64,000 nt of DNA. It comes from Candidatus Hydrogenedens sp. Its GTDB lineage: Bacteria > Hydrogenedentota > Hydrogenedentia > Hydrogenedentales > CAITNO01. Each line of letters opens with the position of its first letter. Position 1 is the first letter of the stretch. The stretch is from contig JAAYJV010000048.1 in NCBI GenBank assembly GCA_012522755.1, positions 80,425 to 144,424 of the forward strand, given 5' to 3'. Of the stretch, positions 36,854 to 47,815 are shown piece after piece. A program made the translations under genes and the position numbers. The notes under the pieces were generated by a model. The model was given only the letters and a program-made list of their open reading frames with translations. It was not told the DNA's origin and did no database searches.

Positions 36854-39800
36854 TTATGGCGTGAAATTTAAAAAGGTCATTACCGCTGTCAATCGTTCAG
36901 ATAGTTCATTGACTCCCTGCAAGCCCAGAGAAGAAGCCAAAGCTCTAAGATCGGCGGCAATCATTTCCTTTTCTTCTTCAATACCGGAGAAATATTTCTG
37001 GATACTCTCCAGATCTTCCTGCGCTTCGAGGTAGCGGGCCATTGTCTGATAAAGGAAGAAAAAGGGAGTCTTTTCTTTGACTGTATTTTCAGGAAGGCTC
37101 AGGCTTGCCAGTGTCTTCAGATCAGCTGTTCTTAACAATTCTCTTGCCCTGTCGTCATACATGGTATACAACAAACTTGTTATGGTGCTGTTGTCCGGGT
37201 GTGCCTCTTGCAGTCCAAGCCAGAAGTCACGCCTGTCAGAGAATTCTCGGCTGAGTGTGACTGTTACATAAAGTGCCTGAGCAGCTTCCTCTGCATAGCT
37301 GCTGTCAAGAAGTTTTACAAGTCCCTTTTCCGCTCTTTCGTAATCTCCCGCACCTGTAAACTGTTGACTGGCTTTCAGTGAGAGGCGTTCTGAATCCGGA
37401 CTGTATTCGGCCGCCAGAAGCAACAAAGCCCCCGCTTTTTGATGCAATCCTTTTTCTGAAAGATAAAATGCCTCCCGTTCCAAACGCTCACAAATAAGGG
37501 GACGATGCTCCGGATGATTGGCTGCAAACTCTTTTGTGTTTTGCCCGATTTGCTCAACAGAATCGTCTTCTGCTTGAGCAATGGTGTGGCTGATCATAAT
37601 CTTCGGATCCTGGGGATCCAGGGCAAAAGCTTTGGCGTACGCTTCTTTTGCCAAAGATTCTTTGTTTTTCAGATCGAGAGCCATGGCCCGATAGAGCTGG
37701 AAATGCCCCTGATCCGGGGAGTGATCTGTGAGTGACAGCCAGAAGGCATACTTTTCGTCGAGAGAAAATCCATCTGATAAAAGGATGTGGCCCCGGGTGG
37801 CTGTGGCTTTGTCATCAGGAAATTCTCTGAGATAGTCACCGTATATCTCCACAGCTTCCTCTTTCCAGCCAACTCTTTCACAGGCTTCAATCTTTAACAG
37901 GGATGTGGTTATTCTTTGTTCAGGGGCAAGTGTTTCCAAAGCCGTGAGAGCCGTCAGACAACGTCCTGTTGCATTGTCATAGAGACTGATTCTTGCAACC
38001 AAATCCAGAATTGCCAGAAGTTTTTCTTTTTCTGAAGGATCGGTTATTTTGATTTGCAACAGGCCATCCAGTGACTCATCCAGGCGGTTAAGATTTATCA
38101 ATCTTTGAGCAGCCACCATTTGATCCGTGGGTTCATCCGATAAAATCAGCTGCGCCTCAGAAAAAAGAATAGTCTGTTCATCGCTTCCGAAACGGTGGGC
38201 CCCTTCGGAAAAAACAGTATTTGTCAGTTTATCGTTCTCAACATGGTGATAACATACAGGGTCAGGTAAGAGATCCGGTGTGTAAAACAAAGACCTGGGT
38301 ATTGCCTCGTCCACAGAAGTGAAGGCGATCAAATGGCGATGCTCTTGAGGAAGGTGAATTTCATAGAGTCCCCGGAAGTGTGAAGCGAATTCTTTTGGGA
38401 CAGCGATGCTGGTAAAACGTGTCCGTTTAAAAAGAAACCTTTCCTCCAGTTCGGGTCCCAACACCTCGTATACAGGAAAAAAATATCGTAAAACCTGTCC
38501 TGTTCCTTCTGCTTTTGGGATACGCAGTACTTGCGAAAAATTAAAATTCAAAATCGGGCTGTCGTAATTGTGCAACAGACAGGTGATCTCGGAGGAACCA
38601 TCAAATTCAGCCATCAGATATTTTGTCCGGGTATGGAAAAGATTTATTTCAGAATTGAAGCAAGCGGCCAGCAGACTGTAGAGAGCTGTGAGCTCAGTTC
38701 TTGCATTGGATCTTTTTGCTGTCTTCAGAGTAAAAAAAGTCCAGCCACAGTGGTCCTTTTCGCTGAAGAGCAGTGGCGTTCTATGGGCTTGGATACAGCT
38801 GTTGATAACAGGGCGAATCTGTCGGATCTGATACCAGCGTAAAAGAGGCACAGGCAAAACAATCAGAGCAATACAAAGCAGGAGAACACCCAGAGCCGCT
38901 TTATATTGTTTTTTGGGATGTACTGTTGAGTGAGTTTGTTTTCTTTTCCAGATTTGCTTTATAGCGGACTCAACCAGAAAAGCCGTAATCAGAAAAGGAA
39001 AGAAAGAGAGATGGAAAGTATGTCTGCTGGCTGTTTGCAGTGCTGTATATCCCAGAATATAAGAGCTGCACAGAAATATAATCAAGGCTGTACCAGGTGA
39101 TTTCAGAGCCACCAGAACAAGAGCCAGGATGCCCAGGGGAAGTCCTGCGCCATGCATAAAATAAGAAAAAGAACGGTGGAGCTGGTTGAAAAAGCGGTAA
39201 AGGCCTGCAGGCTCAGCAAAAAAAGGAGGGAAAGCATCGGCATATCTGAGAATTCGCCAGATGGCCATCCAGCCCCGGGTCGCCAGATCTGCGGGATAGA
39301 GAAAAACAGCCTCTTCCAACCAGCGTTGACCAGCGGCGACAGCATCTTCATCATTATATATTTGTGGCACAGTCAGGTCAGGAGTGCGCGAAGCGAAATC
39401 AGAAAGAAAAGCGAAGATATAAAAGTCGGAACCGGAGAGAAGGCTCTGATAAGATGCTTCTTTTATGCCCAGTTGGTCCATTCTATCACGTGCAAAACCC
39501 TGAATAAGCACATGTTGCGGTTGTGCGGCCCCTTCCATACGTTGAAGCATGGGGGAGGCGAGGACAAAAAAAACACTGAGGTAGAGAAACAGGGGAGCGA
39601 GGGATTTCCAGAGAGCAATGTCTTTTTTTAAAAAAACAGGAAATATCAGTACGCAAATACACAGGGGAAGGAATATGAGGGCGTCCTGACGGAAACCCAT
39701 GAAAATACCGTGAAGTGTGCCCAGTAAGAGAGCACCGACAATCTGAGAGCGCAGCGGCGGTCGTTTTATAAAAAACCAGAGCAGCAGACAAAAGAGCGTT

Positions 39801-40351
39801 ATCGTGAAAGGGGCTTTGCTGAAGTCGCGCAGTTCCAGAACTACCATGAATACAGCCGGCGAAACAGTCAATAGAAAAGCTGAAAAAAAAGCAAGACAGC
39901 GTGAGAGGAAATATCGCAAAAGAAAGTAAAGAGAGAGGGCGTACCATCCCAGAAAAAGAGCAATCAAAGACTCCAGACTTTTCCAGGAAACTCCGACAAT
40001 ACGCCAGTAGATACCTACAACATAGAGCAGATAGCGATGATAAGAAGCTACTGATGAATGGCTTGTTTTAATCTCCTCCGGGAGCTGGTCGGGAGATAAA
40101 CTGTCCTGATTCCCTTTTAAAAAATTCTGGATCTCCGGATGCTGTGTGCGGTCAGGGGTAATAAAACCACGACCAGAGGCAAGCATCACAGCAGGGCCGT
40201 AAAGATCTGTGATAGGAAAAATAGCAGATCGGCTATGGCGAAGAGCGTCAAAGTGTGCCAGTCCCACCAGAAATCCGAAGATGAAAAGGCTGAACGCAAT
40301 AATCCAGTCTTTGCGACGATCAGACAATATGCGGGGTCTCGGATGAGTCAT
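36854..40351 (-). CDS. Polytopic membrane-TPR fusion protein, paralog 3 (subfamily A)
   Basis: The product is 1165 aa, with N-terminus MTHPRPRILSDRRKDWIIAFSLFIFGFLVGLAHFDALRH. The upstream leader is nearly identical to that of paralog 1 (ttattctaacagactttggaagag). Confidence 0.5.
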   Translation of the reverse strand: MTHPRPRILSDRRKDWIIAFSLFIFGFLVGLAHFDALRHSRSAIFPITDLYGPAVMLASGRGFITPDRTQHPEIQNFLKGNQDSLSPDQLPEEIKTSHSSVASYHRYLLYVVGIYWRIVGVSWKSLESLIALFLGWYALSLYFLLRYFLSRCLAFFSAFLLTVSPAVFMVVLELRDFSKAPFTITLFCLLLWFFIKRPPLRSQIVGALLLGTLHGIFMGFRQDALIFLPLCICVLIFPVFLKKDIALWKSLAPLFLYLSVFFVLASPMLQRMEGAAQPQHVLIQGFARDRMDQLGIKEASYQSLLSGSDFYIFAFLSDFASRTPDLTVPQIYNDEDAVAAGQRWLEEAVFLYPADLATRGWMAIWRILRYADAFPPFFAEPAGLYRFFNQLHRSFSYFMHGAGLPLGILALVLVALKSPGTALIIFLCSSYILGYTALQTASRHTFHLSFFPFLITAFLVESAIKQIWKRKQTHSTVHPKKQYKAALGVLLLCIALIVLPVPLLRWYQIRQIRPVINSCIQAHRTPLLFSEKDHCGWTFFTLKTAKRSNARTELTALYSLLAACFNSEINLFHTRTKYLMAEFDGSSEITCLLHNYDSPILNFNFSQVLRIPKAEGTGQVLRYFFPVYEVLGPELEERFLFKRTRFTSIAVPKEFASHFRGLYEIHLPQEHRHLIAFTSVDEAIPRSLFYTPDLLPDPVCYHHVENDKLTNTVFSEGAHRFGSDEQTILFSEAQLILSDEPTDQMVAAQRLINLNRLDESLDGLLQIKITDPSEKEKLLAILDLVARISLYDNATGRCLTALTALETLAPEQRITTSLLKIEACERVGWKEEAVEIYGDYLREFPDDKATATRGHILLSDGFSLDEKYAFWLSLTDHSPDQGHFQLYRAMALDLKNKESLAKEAYAKAFALDPQDPKIMISHTIAQAEDDSVEQIGQNTKEFAANHPEHRPLICERLEREAFYLSEKGLHQKAGALLLLAAEYSPDSERLSLKASQQFTGAGDYERAEKGLVKLLDSSYAEEAAQALYVTVTLSREFSDRRDFWLGLQEAHPDNSTITSLLYTMYDDRARELLRTADLKTLASLSLPENTVKEKTPFFFLYQTMARYLEAQEDLESIQKYFSGIEEEKEMIAADLRALASSLGLQGVNELSERLTAVMTFLNFTP

Positions 40352-40382
40352 CTGCAGCGGCTTTCTTATGAAAAACTGCCTT

Positions 40383-40392
40383 ATTCTAACAG
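40383..40392 (-). promoter_or_regulatory. Putative extended -10 element (TGTTAGAAT) of paralog 3
   Basis: On the coding strand, CTGTTAGAATAAGGCAG lies about 30 nt upstream of the ATG at 40351. Confidence 0.35.
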
Positions 40393-40474
40393 ACTTTGGA
40401 AGAGGTGATAAAGGGAAACAGAAGGTGTGCAGGGCACAGAAAAAAAGGCTGTGACAGCATAAGTCTCAAAGCAG

Positions 40475-43400
40475 TCATAAAATACTGTCTGAAATGTTTT
40501 TAAGAATCGCTATTCGCTCAGATATTTCCGAATTTGGGTCTGTTGCTAAAAGAGAAGCGAGGACTTCCAAATCAGAGAGAATAGTTTTCTGAATGTTTTC
40601 CAAACTGGCTGACAGAGCCTGAATTTTGTCTAATTGGTCCCGGCCTGTTAAATAGCGGGCAAGTTGCGGATATATCAGGCAAAAAGCATTGTCTTGAGCC
40701 TGGATCTCTTTGAGGCCGGAGAGATCGGCGAGTTCTTCCAGGCGTGCTGATCTGAAAAGTCCGCGCATAGTATCTTCATATACAGAGCTGAGTATTGAAG
40801 AAATGGCTTCATTATCCGGGTGACTGTTTTGAAGGTCCAGCCAGAAATTCAATCGATCAGGAAAGTCCCGGTTCAACTTTGCAGTTATATAAAGTGCTTG
40901 TACAGCTTCGCGAGAACAGGAACTTTCGAGAAGTGTGAGCAATCCATCTTCAGCTTTCTGGTAATTACCAGCTCCCGTATACTGTTGATACGCCTTGAGC
41001 ATAAGAGAATCGCGATTGTTGCCATAGTCTGCGGCCAGAAGCAGTAGGCTCGCCGCTTTGTCATGCTGTCCTTTCTCACTGGAATACGAGGCTTCTTTTT
41101 CCAGACGCTCAACGATGAAAGGATGCTCTTGCGGGTGAAGTGCGGCCAGCTCCATGATTCTATTTTTTGTGTCTTCAATAGCCGTGTTTTCAGATTCTGC
41201 CAAGGTGTGACAGATTATATTCAGGAGATCTTTCGGATCCAGATTATAGGCTTTTCGATAGGCGTCTTTGGCAAGTTCCTCTTTGTCCAGCTGGTCAAAA
41301 GTCATTGCAAGATAACGGAAAAAATAAGCCTGATCTTCGTTGTTTGCGATAAGGAGTTGCCAAAAAGCGCATTTCTCTTCGGGAGACAAAAAGTCGGACA
41401 TGAGAATATGAGCACCTGAGGCGACAGACTGGTCGTTGGGAAAGCGAAGAAGGTATTTCTGATAGACTTCCAGAGCTTCCTTTTTCAAACCTGCTCTTTC
41501 ACAGGCTTCTATGCGGAAAAGAGCAAATTTTGAATATTCTTCCGGTGCGAGAACCTCCATTGCATCAAGGGCCACCAGACAGCTTTCCGTATCATTGCGA
41601 TAAAGACTCAGTTTTGCAATCATCTCCAGATTATCCAGCAGCAGGTGTTTTTCCAAATGGTTTGCGGGTTTGACAGACAACGCCCCTTCCAGTGCCACAT
41701 CCAAGCGGTCCAGAGTTATAAGATTATGGATAGCTGCAATCTGTATTGCAGGCAAATCAGACAGGATTACCTGTGCTTCAGCAAAGAGCACGGCTTCTGC
41801 TTTTGTACCGAAATGGAGTGCTGCGGCTGAAAGATCAGCATTGCAAAATTTCCGGTCTTCAGTGTGATAATAATAAAGAGGATTTGGAACAGGATCGATA
41901 GTGCAGAACAGTGGGCCGGGTATTTTATCATCTGTGCAAGAAAAGGATATGAGATGCGTCAACTTTTCTGAAAGCTGCACTTCATAAAGTCCTGAAAAAT
42001 ATGGTGCCAGCTCTTTTGGAACGGCAATGCCTGTGAAGTGGTTTCGTCCAAAGGCTGGAGCTTCATGAATTTCAGGTTTCAATAATTCATAGACAGGAAA
42101 AAAATAACCTACTGTCTTTCCGGATCGCAGGGGCTTGGGGATACGAAGTAATTGTGAGAAGTTGTTGTCTACAGTCGATCTGCTATAGAGGTGTATCAGA
42201 TGATCGAGGTCAGCCACAGCCTCAAATTCAGCCATCAGATATTTTGTTCGTGAATGCCATAGCCTTAATTCTTTGTTGAAACATGCAGCCACCAGCTTAT
42301 ATAGACTCTTGAGCTCACCTGGGTTGCTGTCGGTTTCGGAAGATTCAAGTGAAAAGATCGTCCATCCCAAACAGTCTTGTTTTGAAACCGATAGTGGAGT
42401 TCTCGCAGCATGAATACAGTTTTCAATAATCGGGCGCAGCTGTTGAGTTTGATACCAGCGCAGGATCCATAAAGGGAAAAAAACTATACAGAAGAAGGCA
42501 AGCAGTGTGCCCCAGATAATATAAGGATTCCTTTTCTGATTCAGGTTGATAGCAGAACCGGGATTCTTCAGTGCCCATAGCTTCTTTATAAGTGCCTCCA
42601 GACAAAAGCAGAGCACGAGTATAGAGGTAAATGAGAGATGAAAGCTGTGCCGGGAAAAAGCCTGCAGTGATGTATATCCCAGGACATAAGATGTTGCCAG
42701 AAATAACCACAGCGCTTGTGCAGGAGATTTCCTGACCAGAATGACAAGTGCGATCATGGCAAGCAGTACACCAGCGTAATGCATGGCAAACGCAAAAGAA
42801 CGATGAAGATTGCAGATATATTTATGGATTACTGTAGGCTCTGGCAAAGAAGGCGGGTAGGCGCCGGAGTATCTGAAACTCTGGCACACTGCAGCCCAGG
42901 CACGTGTCACCATGTCAGCAGGGAAGAGGAGCAATGATTCCTGCAGCCAGCGTTGTCCGACAGCCTCGGCGTTTTTGTCATCAAAAACATCTGGTACGCT
43001 CAGATGCGGGCTGCGGTCGGCGAAGCTGTAGAGCATTGCAAAAGTATAATAGTCAGCACCGGAGAGCATGGTGTAATAGGGTGCTTCTTTTATGCCCAAA
43101 AGATCCAGACGATCTTTGGCAAAGCCTTGTACAAGTGCATGTTGTGGCTGAGCGGCACCTTCCATACGTTGAAGCAGGGGGGAGGCTAAGAGAAAGAAAA
43201 GGCTGAGATAGATAAGCAGCGGGAACAGTCGCTTCCATCGCGAAGCACTCTGTTTAAGCAGAATCGGGAAAGCCAGGACACAAACACTCAAGGGAAAAAG
43301 TATTAACATGTCCTGGCGGAAGCCCAGGGCAATACCATGAACTGTTCCCAGTACAGTTGCGGCGATGATCTGAAACTGAAGGTGGGTACGCTTATTGGAT

Positions 43401-43981
43401 AGCCAGAGCAAAATACATAGAAGCGTTATCGTGAAAGGGGCTTTACTGAAATCACGCAAATCTGGAAGAACAGCCAATACAGCTGGCGAAACGACAAAAA
43501 AGAGTGTCGACAAAAACGACAACAGACGGGATAGAAAAAAACGAAAAAGAAGATATAAGGAGACAGCGAACCATCCGAGCATGACTGAGATGACAATTTC
43601 CAGATGCGCCCAGGAAATACCGAAAATACGCCAGACAGCGGCCACCATATAGAGCAGATAGCGGTGGTATGCGGCCACAGTGGAGGAGCCGCTTTTGATA
43701 TCTTCAGGCAGAAGGTCTTTGGAAAAAGTTTCTTCCTCCCCTTCCAAAAACTTGCGCAATTCAGGATGGGATGACTCACTGGGATAAATAAAACCATGTC
43801 CGCATGCCATCATCAATGCGGGTCCGTACAGCTCTACAACGACAAAAACTGCTGACTTCCCATCCTCGCGCAGAGATTCAAAATGCACCAGACCCACGGA
43901 AAGACCGTAAAAAAAAAGAAGCAGTATGCATAGCCAGTCTTTACGATAACCTTTGCGTGCACTGTCTGTGTATTTGCTCAT
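40475..43981 (-). CDS. Polytopic membrane-TPR fusion protein, paralog 4 (subfamily B)
   Basis: The product is 1168 aa, with N-terminus MSKYTDSARKGYRKDWLCILLLFFYGLSVGLVHFESLREDGKSAVFVVVELYGPALMMACGHGF. This is nearly identical over that stretch to paralog 6 (MSKHTDNARKHHPKEWLCILLLFLYGLTVGLVHFESLREDGKSAVFVVVELYGPALMMACGHGF). Confidence 0.5.
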   Translation of the reverse strand: MSKYTDSARKGYRKDWLCILLLFFYGLSVGLVHFESLREDGKSAVFVVVELYGPALMMACGHGFIYPSESSHPELRKFLEGEEETFSKDLLPEDIKSGSSTVAAYHRYLLYMVAAVWRIFGISWAHLEIVISVMLGWFAVSLYLLFRFFLSRLLSFLSTLFFVVSPAVLAVLPDLRDFSKAPFTITLLCILLWLSNKRTHLQFQIIAATVLGTVHGIALGFRQDMLILFPLSVCVLAFPILLKQSASRWKRLFPLLIYLSLFFLLASPLLQRMEGAAQPQHALVQGFAKDRLDLLGIKEAPYYTMLSGADYYTFAMLYSFADRSPHLSVPDVFDDKNAEAVGQRWLQESLLLFPADMVTRAWAAVCQSFRYSGAYPPSLPEPTVIHKYICNLHRSFAFAMHYAGVLLAMIALVILVRKSPAQALWLFLATSYVLGYTSLQAFSRHSFHLSFTSILVLCFCLEALIKKLWALKNPGSAINLNQKRNPYIIWGTLLAFFCIVFFPLWILRWYQTQQLRPIIENCIHAARTPLSVSKQDCLGWTIFSLESSETDSNPGELKSLYKLVAACFNKELRLWHSRTKYLMAEFEAVADLDHLIHLYSRSTVDNNFSQLLRIPKPLRSGKTVGYFFPVYELLKPEIHEAPAFGRNHFTGIAVPKELAPYFSGLYEVQLSEKLTHLISFSCTDDKIPGPLFCTIDPVPNPLYYYHTEDRKFCNADLSAAALHFGTKAEAVLFAEAQVILSDLPAIQIAAIHNLITLDRLDVALEGALSVKPANHLEKHLLLDNLEMIAKLSLYRNDTESCLVALDAMEVLAPEEYSKFALFRIEACERAGLKKEALEVYQKYLLRFPNDQSVASGAHILMSDFLSPEEKCAFWQLLIANNEDQAYFFRYLAMTFDQLDKEELAKDAYRKAYNLDPKDLLNIICHTLAESENTAIEDTKNRIMELAALHPQEHPFIVERLEKEASYSSEKGQHDKAASLLLLAADYGNNRDSLMLKAYQQYTGAGNYQKAEDGLLTLLESSCSREAVQALYITAKLNRDFPDRLNFWLDLQNSHPDNEAISSILSSVYEDTMRGLFRSARLEELADLSGLKEIQAQDNAFCLIYPQLARYLTGRDQLDKIQALSASLENIQKTILSDLEVLASLLATDPNSEISERIAILKNISDSIL

Positions 43982-44026
43982 GAGCTCACATTCCAGTAGA
44001 AAACAGTCTCATTCCATGGATTTTAT

Positions 44027-44036
44027 TTTAATAAAA
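44027..44036 (-). promoter_or_regulatory. Putative -10 element (TTAAAAT) of paralog 4 with B-type conserved leader
   Basis: The coding-strand leader reads TTATTAAAATAAAATCCATGGAATGAGACTGTTTTCTACTGGAATGTGAGCTCATG. Confidence 0.3.
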
Positions 44037-44167
44037 GTTTCGTTTCGATCTTGGCGCCATGGACCCTGTGTCAATTGTTTCGTCCTGCAGGCACCTGAAA
44101 TCTTCGACTGCGACTCAAAGAATCCTTTGTTTATATAAACAGCGTCCATGTGGCTATTATAAAGACA

Positions 44168-47100
44168 TCAGGGAATGAGGTCTAAAAAGTGCATTACTTC
44201 CGCGATTCTCTCCGATTGTTCCTGGTTGTCTTCCAGATTCAGAGAAGCACCCAGGCTTGCGAGATCACTCCCGACCTTTTCCTTTTCTTCGGTTGTGACT
44301 GGAAAATCTCTTGAAATAGTTTTCAGATCTCCCTGACCCTTCATATAACGGGCTATTGCCTGATAAAGCAGCAAGAAGGGCGTTTTTCCTGTATCCATGC
44401 TGTCAGGAAGGTTGAGACTTCCCAATTCTTCCATCTGTGCTGAAACGAAGAGTTCTCGTGCCCTGTCTTCATACATGGTATACAACAAACTTGTTATGGT
44501 GCTGTTGTTCGGATGTGTTTCTTGCAGTCCAAGCCAGAAGTGAAGTCTGTCAGCGAAATCTCGACTGAGTTTGACAGTTACATAAAGTGCCTGCGCAGCT
44601 TCTTGCCCGTAATCACCGCTCAACAGTGTCATCAGTCCCTTTTCCGCTTTTGCATAGTCGCCAGCCCCTGTAAACTGCTGGTGTGCCTGGAGAATGAGCC
44701 CTTCTGATTCTGGACTGTATCGGGCTGCCAGGAGCAACAAGCTTCCGGCTTTCTCATGCAGTCCTTTTTCCGAGAGAAAAAATGCTTTCTTTTCCAGCTG
44801 CTGAAAAACAAGGATTTTATTTTCAGGATATTCAATCGCGAAGTGTTTAATATTTTCCACTGTTTCCTCTCTGGGATTGTGTTCAGCTTGTGCAATCAGA
44901 TGACAGATCATGATCTTCGGGTCATTGGGATCGAGTGCAAAAGCTTTGTTGTACGCTTCAGTTGCCGGGAATTCTTTCCCCTGCAGATCCAGAGCCATAG
45001 CCAGATAAAGCTGAAAGTACGCCTGGTCCGGGATGTGATCTGTAAGTGATTGCCAGAAAGCATGCTTTTCCTCGGAAGTAAAACCATGGGATAAAAGAAT
45101 GTGGGCATGGGTCACCGCCGATTCGTCGTCTGGATGTTCTTTGAGATAGTCTCTGTATATCTCCAACGCTTCCTCTTTCATGCCGGCTCTTTCACAGGCT
45201 TCAATTTTCAAAAGAGAGGCCCGTGTCCGGTGTTCAGGAATCAGTGTTTCCAGGGCTTCAAGAGCATACAAACAACGCTTTGTTTCCCCTTCATAGAGGC
45301 TCAGTTGGGCAATCAACTTGAGAGTTTCCAGAAGCATCTCCCGTTCTTCGGAATCAGTTGTCTCTATTTGTAAAGCAAGTTCGATCGCATCTTGAAAACG
45401 GCGAAAGTTCATGAATTTGTTGACCATTCTGATTTGGTCAATGGGTTCATTGAAAAGAAAGAGGATACTTTCCACTTCAGTGAAGAAAGTCAGCTGTTCT
45501 TGAGTTCCATAACGTTGAGCCGCTTCAGAAAAAAAAGTATTATTTATTTTCTTATGCTCAATATGCTGATAAGAGACCGGATCAGGAAAGCAGTCGGGTG
45601 TGTAAAATAAGGGGCTTGGAATTTTATCATCCAGAGATGTGAAGGCCATGAGATGGGTCACTTCCTCAGGGAGATCTACTTCGTAAAGGCCCCGTAATTG
45701 TGAAGAGAATTCCCTTGGAAGAGCGATGCCTGAAAAACGGCCTCGCGCCACATAAGCTTTATAGACCTCATCATGTGCTACCACCTCATAGACCGGGAAG
45801 AAGTAGCGCAGGACATCTCCGGAAAGTTTTGTGACTGGCATGTGAAGCAATTGTGAGAAATTGAAATTCAGAATTCGGCTGTTATAGCAATGCAAAAGAT
45901 CGGTTATGTCTGTGGAACCGTCGAATTCAGCCAGGATATATCTGGTACGAACATTCCAAAAATGCAATTCAGGGTTTGAACATGCCGCTATAAGTCTGTA
46001 CAGTGCCTCCAGGTCACTTCTACAGCTGTCAGGCTGTGGGAGATCAAGAGTGAAAAGAGTCCAATTGCGATATTCTTTTTTAGTGAAAGGCAATCGGGTT
46101 CTGGGTGCCTGGATGCAGCTCTCAAAGATCGGGCGAAGTTGTCTGGCCTGATACCACCGCAGAAGGGGCATTGGTAAAACGACCAGAGAAGCACACAGCA
46201 AGAGAACACCCATAGCCGCTTTATATTGTTTTTGTGGTACAGAGTGTGCCGTTGAGTGAGTTTGTTTCCTTTTCCAGATTTGTTTTACGAGTATCTCAAT
46301 CAGAAACGCAGTAATCAGAAAAGGAAAAAAGGAGAGGTGAAAAGTGTGTCTGCAGGCTGTTTGCAGTGCTGTATATCCCAGAATATAAGAGCTTATCAGG
46401 AAGAAGGCCATGGCTGTTCCGGGAAAACGCAATGCCACCAGAAAAATAGCCAGAATACCCAGAGGAAGCCCTGCACGATGCATGAAAAAAGCAAAAGAAC
46501 GATGAACACTATTAAAATATTGATGAAAAACGGTAGGTTCTGTAAAACAAGAGGGAAAAGCATCGGCATATCTGAGGATCCGCCAGATAGCTGTCCAGCC
46601 ACGGGTGACCAGATCGGCCGGATAAAGAAACACCGACTCCTGCAGCCAGCGCTGCCCGGCCGCCATAGTGTCCGGATCATTGTGGAGCTGCGGAGTGGTG
46701 AGGTCAGGCGTGCGGGAAGCGAAATCGGAAAGCATGGAAAAAGTGTAGTAATCGGCACCGGATAGCAGACTCTGATAAGATGCTTGCTTCATGCCCAGCT
46801 GATCCATTCTGTCCCGGGCAAAACCCTGAACCAGAACATGTTGTGGCTGAGCATTTCCTTCCAGACTCTGAAACATGGGCATGGCAAGAGCAAAGAACAG
46901 GCTGAGATAGAGAAAGAGTGGCGTGAGTGCTTTCCAGAGTGCAAGATCTTTTTTCATGAACACAAAGAAAAGAAGCAAACAAATACACAGAGGAAGGAAT
47001 ATGAGTGCATCCTGACGAAAGCCCATGAAGATACCGTGAAGCATACCCAATAAAACAGCACCCAGGATCTGAGATCGCAGGGAATGGCGTTTTGTGAAAA

Positions 47101-47677
47101 GCCAGAGCAGCAGACAAAAAAGCGTTATCGTGAAGGGAGCTTTACTGAAGTCCCTCAGGTCAAGAACAACCATGAATACCGCAGGCGATGCAATCAAAAG
47201 CAAAGAGGATAGAAAAGCCAGACAGCGCGACAGGAAAAACCGTAAAAGGAAATAAAGAGACAGGGCATACCACCCCAGAAATAAGGCTATGAAAGGTTCC
47301 AGAGTTTTCCAGGAGATACCGAAAATACGCCAGATGAAACCCACCGCATAGAGCAGATAACGATGATAAAAGGCCGCGGCGGAGTAGCCTGTTTCAATGT
47401 CTTCAGGAAGATGATCTGGAGAGAGGTCGTCCTGATTTACCCTTAAAAAATCCTGAAACTCTGGATATTCCGCGTAATCGGGAACGATAAACCCGTGCCC
47501 CATAGCTATCATCACGGCGGGCCCATAGAGATCTTCTATGGGAACAATGGCGGATGTATCCTGGCGGAGGGATTCAAAATGTGCCAGTCCAGCCAAAAAT
47601 CCGAAGAGGAAAAGCAGCGTTGCAATTATCCAGTCTATGCGGCGATCAAGATATGTACTTGTGCTGGAATGATTCAT
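44168..47677 (-). CDS. Polytopic membrane-TPR fusion protein, paralog 5 (subfamily A)
   Basis: The product is 1169 aa, with N-terminus MNHSSTSTYLDRRIDWIIATLLFLFGFLAGLAHFESLRQD. It carries the conserved loops and TPR C-terminus. Confidence 0.5.
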   Translation of the reverse strand: MNHSSTSTYLDRRIDWIIATLLFLFGFLAGLAHFESLRQDTSAIVPIEDLYGPAVMIAMGHGFIVPDYAEYPEFQDFLRVNQDDLSPDHLPEDIETGYSAAAFYHRYLLYAVGFIWRIFGISWKTLEPFIALFLGWYALSLYFLLRFFLSRCLAFLSSLLLIASPAVFMVVLDLRDFSKAPFTITLFCLLLWLFTKRHSLRSQILGAVLLGMLHGIFMGFRQDALIFLPLCICLLLFFVFMKKDLALWKALTPLFLYLSLFFALAMPMFQSLEGNAQPQHVLVQGFARDRMDQLGMKQASYQSLLSGADYYTFSMLSDFASRTPDLTTPQLHNDPDTMAAGQRWLQESVFLYPADLVTRGWTAIWRILRYADAFPSCFTEPTVFHQYFNSVHRSFAFFMHRAGLPLGILAIFLVALRFPGTAMAFFLISSYILGYTALQTACRHTFHLSFFPFLITAFLIEILVKQIWKRKQTHSTAHSVPQKQYKAAMGVLLLCASLVVLPMPLLRWYQARQLRPIFESCIQAPRTRLPFTKKEYRNWTLFTLDLPQPDSCRSDLEALYRLIAACSNPELHFWNVRTRYILAEFDGSTDITDLLHCYNSRILNFNFSQLLHMPVTKLSGDVLRYFFPVYEVVAHDEVYKAYVARGRFSGIALPREFSSQLRGLYEVDLPEEVTHLMAFTSLDDKIPSPLFYTPDCFPDPVSYQHIEHKKINNTFFSEAAQRYGTQEQLTFFTEVESILFLFNEPIDQIRMVNKFMNFRRFQDAIELALQIETTDSEEREMLLETLKLIAQLSLYEGETKRCLYALEALETLIPEHRTRASLLKIEACERAGMKEEALEIYRDYLKEHPDDESAVTHAHILLSHGFTSEEKHAFWQSLTDHIPDQAYFQLYLAMALDLQGKEFPATEAYNKAFALDPNDPKIMICHLIAQAEHNPREETVENIKHFAIEYPENKILVFQQLEKKAFFLSEKGLHEKAGSLLLLAARYSPESEGLILQAHQQFTGAGDYAKAEKGLMTLLSGDYGQEAAQALYVTVKLSRDFADRLHFWLGLQETHPNNSTITSLLYTMYEDRARELFVSAQMEELGSLNLPDSMDTGKTPFLLLYQAIARYMKGQGDLKTISRDFPVTTEEKEKVGSDLASLGASLNLEDNQEQSERIAEVMHFLDLIP

Positions 47678-47710
47678 TTGTTACCGTTCTGGAATAAGCA
47701 GCAATGGGTT

Positions 47711-47720
47711 ATTTTAACAG
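47711..47720 (-). promoter_or_regulatory. Putative extended -10 element (TGTTAAAAT) of paralog 5
   Basis: On the coding strand, GCCTGTTAAAATAACC lies about 35 nt upstream of the ATG at 47677. Confidence 0.35.
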
Positions 47721-47815
47721 GCCCTTCACTGAGAGAGCAATGGGATAAACGAGGTGTCGAGATTGTTACGATACTTTCTTTGAAGTGTAAATTGCCTTTC
47801 GCCCTTGTGTCCGAC